A stretch of DNA of 36,013 nucleotides from a virus. The position numbers and the translations under genes were made by a program. Shown here piece by piece: positions 32,241 through 36,013 of this stretch. The notes beneath the pieces were generated by a model that had not been told where the DNA came from, searched no databases, and saw nothing but the letters and a program-made list of their open reading frames with translations. Positions within the stretch are counted from its first letter, which is position 1, and every line of letters begins with the position of its first letter. The stretch lies in the IMG/VR virus record IMGVR_UViG_3300040801_003188, positions 1 through 36,013 of that record. The stretch is one strand, 5' to 3'.

Positions 32241-32265
32241 CTCCGGGTTGCCGGTGTGGTTTAAT
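32237..32265 (+). promoter_or_regulatory. Sigma70-like promoter ahead of the capsid gene: TTGACT-17 nt-TTTAAT with TGTGG extended -10
   Basis: TTGACTccgggttgccggtgtggTTTAAT. The -35 overlaps the scaffold stop codon. Confidence 0.55.
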
Positions 32266-32293
32266 AAAAGCTAGGCCAGAGGTCCGACTGACC

Positions 32294-32340
32294 GTTTCTT
32301 GGAACCGGGTTGCTCCAACAGGGGTCCGGTTCCAAGAAAC
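32294..32340 (+). promoter_or_regulatory. 15-bp perfect stem-loop in the capsid-gene leader
   Basis: gtttcttggaaccgg (32294-32308) pairs with ccggttccaagaaac (32326-32340) around a 17-nt loop. The motif ccgggttgc occurs three times across 32243-32360. Confidence 0.7.
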
Positions 32341-32404
32341 CGAAATTGCCGGGTTGCTTCTAGGCGGGAGCTGATCTTTAACTTTCGCTTATGAGGAGCG
32401 ACTA

Positions 32405-33271
32405 ATGTCTATTACCATCGACAGAGCGTATATCGATACGTTCGAATCCAATGTTCGTCATCTTGCGCAGCAGAGCATGAATCGTCTGCGCCCCTATGTT
32501 ACCGAGAAGCCTGCAAATAGTAGGTCCCACCGCTGGGATCGTTTGGCCCCTACTGCAGCTGTACAGAAGACCACTAAGCGAGCCGATACTCCGTATCAGG
32601 ACGGCGTGTGGACTGGTCGTGTATCTACCCCTGAGACGTGGCACTGGGCCGATACGTACGAAGAAGAAGATATCGTACAGATGCTCACTGACCCAAATTC
32701 GGCGCTAACCCGTTCTGGGGCAATGGCGATGGGCAGGGCTCAAGATGATATCATCATAGCCGCCGCAACCGGCAATGCTACTGATCACGCCGGCGCATCC
32801 CAGACTTTTCCTGTAGGTCAGACAGTAGGGGATGCAACTACTGTATTTAGTTTTGACCTAGTAACTGAGGTATTTGAAAAGTTTACGACCAATGATATCG
32901 AGATAGATATTCCAAAGGTCTTTGTTATTGGTCCAACTCAGCTGCGTAAGTTGCAGCAGTTGGTGGAGTATACTAGCTCTGATTATGCCAATGTTAAAGC
33001 TTTGGCTGAAAGCGGGTATGTTCCTAATTGGATGGGATTCAATTGGGTTTTGTCTAACCGGCTAAATGTGCCCGGCGCTAACCAGATTGATTGTCTGGCA
33101 TTTACCCCGTATGCTATCGGCATGCAGATGAACATGGATACCATCACTAAGGTTGCTGAGGATCCTAGCAAGTCGTTTGCATGGACGATTTACATGCAGT
33201 GGGTAGCTGGTGCTGTTCGAGTAGAGGACGAGCACATTGTTCGAGTTCATCTACTGAATAGCTTGGCTTAA
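32405..33271 (+). CDS. Major capsid protein
   Basis: 288 aa with GAGGAG RBS. It follows the scaffold gene and is followed by a strong terminator. The N-terminal F.SNVRHLAQQSMNRLRPYV pattern is typical of podovirus HK97-fold coat proteins. Confidence 0.75.
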   Translation: MSITIDRAYIDTFESNVRHLAQQSMNRLRPYVTEKPANSRSHRWDRLAPTAAVQKTTKRADTPYQDGVWTGRVSTPETWHWADTYEEEDIVQMLTDPNSALTRSGAMAMGRAQDDIIIAAATGNATDHAGASQTFPVGQTVGDATTVFSFDLVTEVFEKFTTNDIEIDIPKVFVIGPTQLRKLQQLVEYTSSDYANVKALAESGYVPNWMGFNWVLSNRLNVPGANQIDCLAFTPYAIGMQMNMDTITKVAEDPSKSFAWTIYMQWVAGAVRVEDEHIVRVHLLNSLA

Positions 33272-33302
33272 CATCGCGGCCCTCCTCCACGGGGCGACCC
33301 TT

Positions 33303-33330
33303 CCCCCGGCCAAAAGGCCGGGGGTCTTTT
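33303..33330 (+). terminator. Rho-independent terminator after the capsid gene
   Basis: CCCCCGGCC-aaaa-GGCCGGGGG followed by TCTTTT. Confidence 0.85.
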
Positions 33331-33355
33331 GGGGCAAAACAAGAGGCGGTATAGC

Positions 33356-36007
33356 GTGCCATCACGTAATGACATAAAATTTACCGCATTGCGGGACCAG
33401 GGGTTTGTTGGGTCTTTAGCGGATATGTTGTTAAGTTGGTATCAGTTATATGGCGCCACTTCAAATAGTCTAAAAGACGCAGAATATGAATTTCTTTTGT
33501 CCCAAGGGTCTAGCCCAAGTTGTTTGCGGGACATGTGGGACCAATTTTATATTAGTCGCGGATATACCGGCAGTGTATCCGACATGGATTCTCAGTTCTG
33601 GTCAGATGGTGGTACTTTAAGTGAAATTCAATGGAATACTGTACCGGACATATTGTTCATAGAAACTATTCCGAATACGTATGATGTTAGACAACACCTA
33701 GGAGGCAGTGAACGGAATACGGCCACAATAACCAGGGGACTAGGTGCTCTCCCATCCGGGGTAACATTTAGTAATGGCGTGTACACTTACGACGGGATAG
33801 GAGCTGCTGGTAATCTTATTGGGGATCAGTTAACCGCCAATAGCACTACCCAAACAGAAGTTTCTGCTACATTTGACTTGACAGTGCACGCGTATACACC
33901 CCTTAGTTGGGGCGCAGTGCCGAATGCCGAATTTATTTATGGGATACCTAGTACCATTGATGTTCGCAGTTATTTGCTTGGCACAAACTCACTTGGGGCT
34001 ACTATAAACTTCAACCAGCCGTTGCCTGCCGGGGTTACATTTGATGGTTCTACATTGGCTTATGACGGGGTGGGGGTTGTTGGGGTATCTAATAGTTATG
34101 TAGCGTCTGCAAATGATGGCATAAGTAATGATAGTTCTAATTTGTTTGCTATAGCCATTGCCCCAGACATATCGCTCGCATCTCAATCGTTTACCATATC
34201 TGATAACGGGTCTGGGCAACTGGATAGCCGCGATCCGATTGTTATAGACGTGTCGCTTGCATCTCAGTCGTTTACCGTGTCCGATAACGGGTCTGGGCAA
34301 TTGGATAGCCGCAATCCGTTGGCGGAGCACCCGATGCTGCCGTGGGTCGCGGACTTCTCGACCGGCGACTTCAGCCAGTTCAATTACGACGCCTTTGGGT
34401 CTGGTTTCACCATCGAGTCAGACGGCACGCAGTACCCGGGGCTCACAAACTACGCGCGTACAGCGCTGCCCGGTACTGATGGCTACGAGTACCACATCAT
34501 CGGCCCGCCCACGAACGCTGGGCCGCTGGTTACGGAGTGGTGGTTCGAGGTCGCGATTAGCTACGGCGATTTCGCGGGCGATTGGCCCGTCAACCACAAA
34601 TGCGTGCTGTTCAACTTGACCGATGGCGTCGGAACTAACCGTCGCTATCAGGTCATGCTGTATGCCGCAGATCAGACGTGGACCGGCATCGCCGCAGGTG
34701 AGTACGCCTTCGAACTGATCGAGTGGAGTCCGGCGGGCGCATTCGTGCGTTCCGCGCTTCTGCTTCCGAATCTCGGGCAGCGAGCGCCAATCAATCGCGG
34801 GCAGTGGGACGTGATTCGCGGACGCATCCGGCTCAACACGACTTGGGATGGCACCCTGGCCCTGGGCTCCGGGCCGGGCAACGGCATCATGCAGTGCTGG
34901 CACAATGGCACGCAGGTAATGGACTTCTCGGACGTGTGCTACGTCCGCGACGAGTACCAATGTGGTTTAGGTCGCACCATCATGACAGAGGACGAGGGGA
35001 TAAGCTGGCCAGCCGGTACGCCGACGACAAAGGACTTCGGATTCTTGGAGGTTGCTGAGAACAGCGCGGACCTAACGGCGATGCCGAGCGGGCCAGTGTC
35101 GCGTACTTTCACGCCAACACTGCCGCTAGCTTCTATTGACCTTGCCACCGATGGTCAAGTCTACGAGCTGGATTTGAGTGCGGGCGACTATGAGCCGCGT
35201 GTAACACCTGGAAATGGCGGCGCGCTCACTTACGGTCCAGCAATCGGCTGGAACAATGAGCCGGGGGTCCGGATCGATCCGCCTACCGTTGTGATGCCGA
35301 GTGGGAATGCTGAGTATTGCTGTTTGCTGAGCAATGCGTTGGGCGGGCTTCGTGCCGGGATCACTCGGTTCAACATGCGCTTTATGGTCTATTTCGCGTC
35401 GAATTATGGACAGGCCACGCGAGGTTTCGACACTAAGTTTGTTGGGCCTGCACCGACCTCTGCGCGATGGCTCTCCAACATACAAGCTGCTGGTAACACG
35501 CCCGCCAACATGGCGGCAGTGGCGGTAGCAATCGGCACATTCAAGAATTATTGGACCGAGCCAGATTACACCAGCGAAAATGACGAGTGGTCATGGAATG
35601 CGGAGCCTGGATTGGCGGCACTGTTTGTTGGACCAAGTCCAGATCATACCGGCTCGGCAACGAGCGGCACGCCTGTTATCGGAAATGAGTGGGTTTGCCT
35701 CGAATATCACTACGACTACGCGGGCGGGCCTGCCGGGCATGGCGAGCATCGCCTGCATGTCTGGACCGCTGACGGGGTGTTGTCGGGGCAGATCATGCGG
35801 TGCGACGGTACTATTGAAGGTGGGGCCCTTTGGAGTGGCCCCGGGGAGTGGGGCGGTTTCGAGGCAACTGGGGTGGGCGGTTTCTGGAACGGGGCTATAG
35901 TCCCAGGCACAACAGACGCCCACAGCTTTTATTCACATTTCGCGTTCTCGCCGAACCGCACGGCAGCGAATCCAATCGGCCCGCCTCCGGGCTTTGTAAC
36001 GGGGTAA
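33356..36007 (+). CDS. Large fibre/decoration protein. It has GYTGS..DM repeats, two Ig-like repeats and a 27-aa tandem linker. The C-terminal region is GC-rich, with two ConA-like/polysaccharide-lyase-like segments.
   Basis: The likely start is GTG 33356, 9 nt after AGAGG. The track start at 33329 (TTG) lies in the terminator U-tract. A repeated ~95-aa unit is present (VPD/VPN...YDVR/IDVR...LP[SA]GVTF...YDG[IV]G). The C-terminal segments each end in a jelly-roll-like G.M.CWHNGTQVMDF or HRLHVWTADGVLSG motif. Confidence 0.65.
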   Translation: MPSRNDIKFTALRDQGFVGSLADMLLSWYQLYGATSNSLKDAEYEFLLSQGSSPSCLRDMWDQFYISRGYTGSVSDMDSQFWSDGGTLSEIQWNTVPDILFIETIPNTYDVRQHLGGSERNTATITRGLGALPSGVTFSNGVYTYDGIGAAGNLIGDQLTANSTTQTEVSATFDLTVHAYTPLSWGAVPNAEFIYGIPSTIDVRSYLLGTNSLGATINFNQPLPAGVTFDGSTLAYDGVGVVGVSNSYVASANDGISNDSSNLFAIAIAPDISLASQSFTISDNGSGQLDSRDPIVIDVSLASQSFTVSDNGSGQLDSRNPLAEHPMLPWVADFSTGDFSQFNYDAFGSGFTIESDGTQYPGLTNYARTALPGTDGYEYHIIGPPTNAGPLVTEWWFEVAISYGDFAGDWPVNHKCVLFNLTDGVGTNRRYQVMLYAADQTWTGIAAGEYAFELIEWSPAGAFVRSALLLPNLGQRAPINRGQWDVIRGRIRLNTTWDGTLALGSGPGNGIMQCWHNGTQVMDFSDVCYVRDEYQCGLGRTIMTEDEGISWPAGTPTTKDFGFLEVAENSADLTAMPSGPVSRTFTPTLPLASIDLATDGQVYELDLSAGDYEPRVTPGNGGALTYGPAIGWNNEPGVRIDPPTVVMPSGNAEYCCLLSNALGGLRAGITRFNMRFMVYFASNYGQATRGFDTKFVGPAPTSARWLSNIQAAGNTPANMAAVAVAIGTFKNYWTEPDYTSENDEWSWNAEPGLAALFVGPSPDHTGSATSGTPVIGNEWVCLEYHYDYAGGPAGHGEHRLHVWTADGVLSGQIMRCDGTIEGGALWSGPGEWGGFEATGVGGFWNGAIVPGTTDAHSFYSHFAFSPNRTAANPIGPPPGFVTG
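34166..34320 (+). repeat. 81-nt (27-aa) tandem duplication at the AT-rich/GC-rich junction of the fibre/decoration gene
   Basis: Units start at 34166 and 34247. They encode DISLASQSFTISDNGSGQLDSRDPIVI and DVSLASQSFTVSDNGSGQLDSRNPLAE. Confidence 0.9.
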
Positions 36008-36013
36008 GAATAT
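35897..36013. repeat. Terminal direct repeat, copy 2 (identical to 1-117)
   Basis: Exact 117-nt match to the window start. Confidence 0.95.

Noticed and set aside
34250-34400. GC-rich blocks as a metagenomic mis-assembly (chimera of two phages)
   Set aside because: This is not fully excluded without reads. It is disfavoured because reading frames stay open through both junctions (~34320 and ~770). The circular overlap lies inside the GC-rich block. Similar GC-rich character recurs in three separate places with intact gene coupling.
1-36013. Temperate lifestyle (integrase, repressor, attP) or a T7-type single-subunit RNA polymerase
   Set aside because: No ORF shows tyrosine or serine recombinase motifs or CI-like repressor features. 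No ~800-900-aa ORF exists on the early arm. The only large - strand ORFs are the PrimPol-helicase, PolA and SNF2 helicase.

Overview
The window is a complete phage genome. Bases 1-117 are identical to 35897-36013, so the unique length is 35,896 bp. Gene content is podovirus-like with no integrase and no phage RNA polymerase.

Layout: two arms diverge from a GC-rich non-coding control region (26601-26966) and converge on a hairpin terminator (11751-11778).
- Rightward (+) arm: terS, an Rz-like membrane protein, terL, portal, a Bbp19-like small protein, scaffold, major capsid, two fibre/decoration genes, tail tubular A and B, three internal virion proteins, and a tail fibre.
- Leftward (-) arm: ORFan early genes, a tRNA(CAT), a SNF2 helicase, an SSB-like protein, PolA, PrimPol-helicase, and a nucleotide-metabolism cluster.

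The main finding is that cluster. A PurZ-like short adenylosuccinate-synthetase homologue, a DatZ-like HD hydrolase and a MazZ/DUF550-like pyrophosphohydrolase sit next to the replicase. A VRR-NUC nuclease is embedded among them. This is the signature of a 2-aminoadenine (Z-base) genome.

Other observations:
- A roughly 2.3-kb GC-rich block is fused in frame into two adjacent fibre/decoration genes across the genome junction. There are also a GC-rich early arm and a GC-rich gene between terS and terL.
- A GC-rich palindrome family (CCCACGCYCCGGRGCGTGGG) occurs 5 times in intergenic DNA.
- Five sigma70-like promoters share a TGTGG extended -10.
- The early leader contains inverted heptamer arrays and a G-quadruplex motif.
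- A 113-aa protein looks like a headless trimeric autotransporter (YadA-type anchor).
- Two paralogues share an LNPGQxRM motif, and one has a Lys/Ala/Glu-rich tail.
- Several short ORFs are missing from the track.

All functional calls come from reading motifs by eye and from recalled family knowledge. No searches were run.
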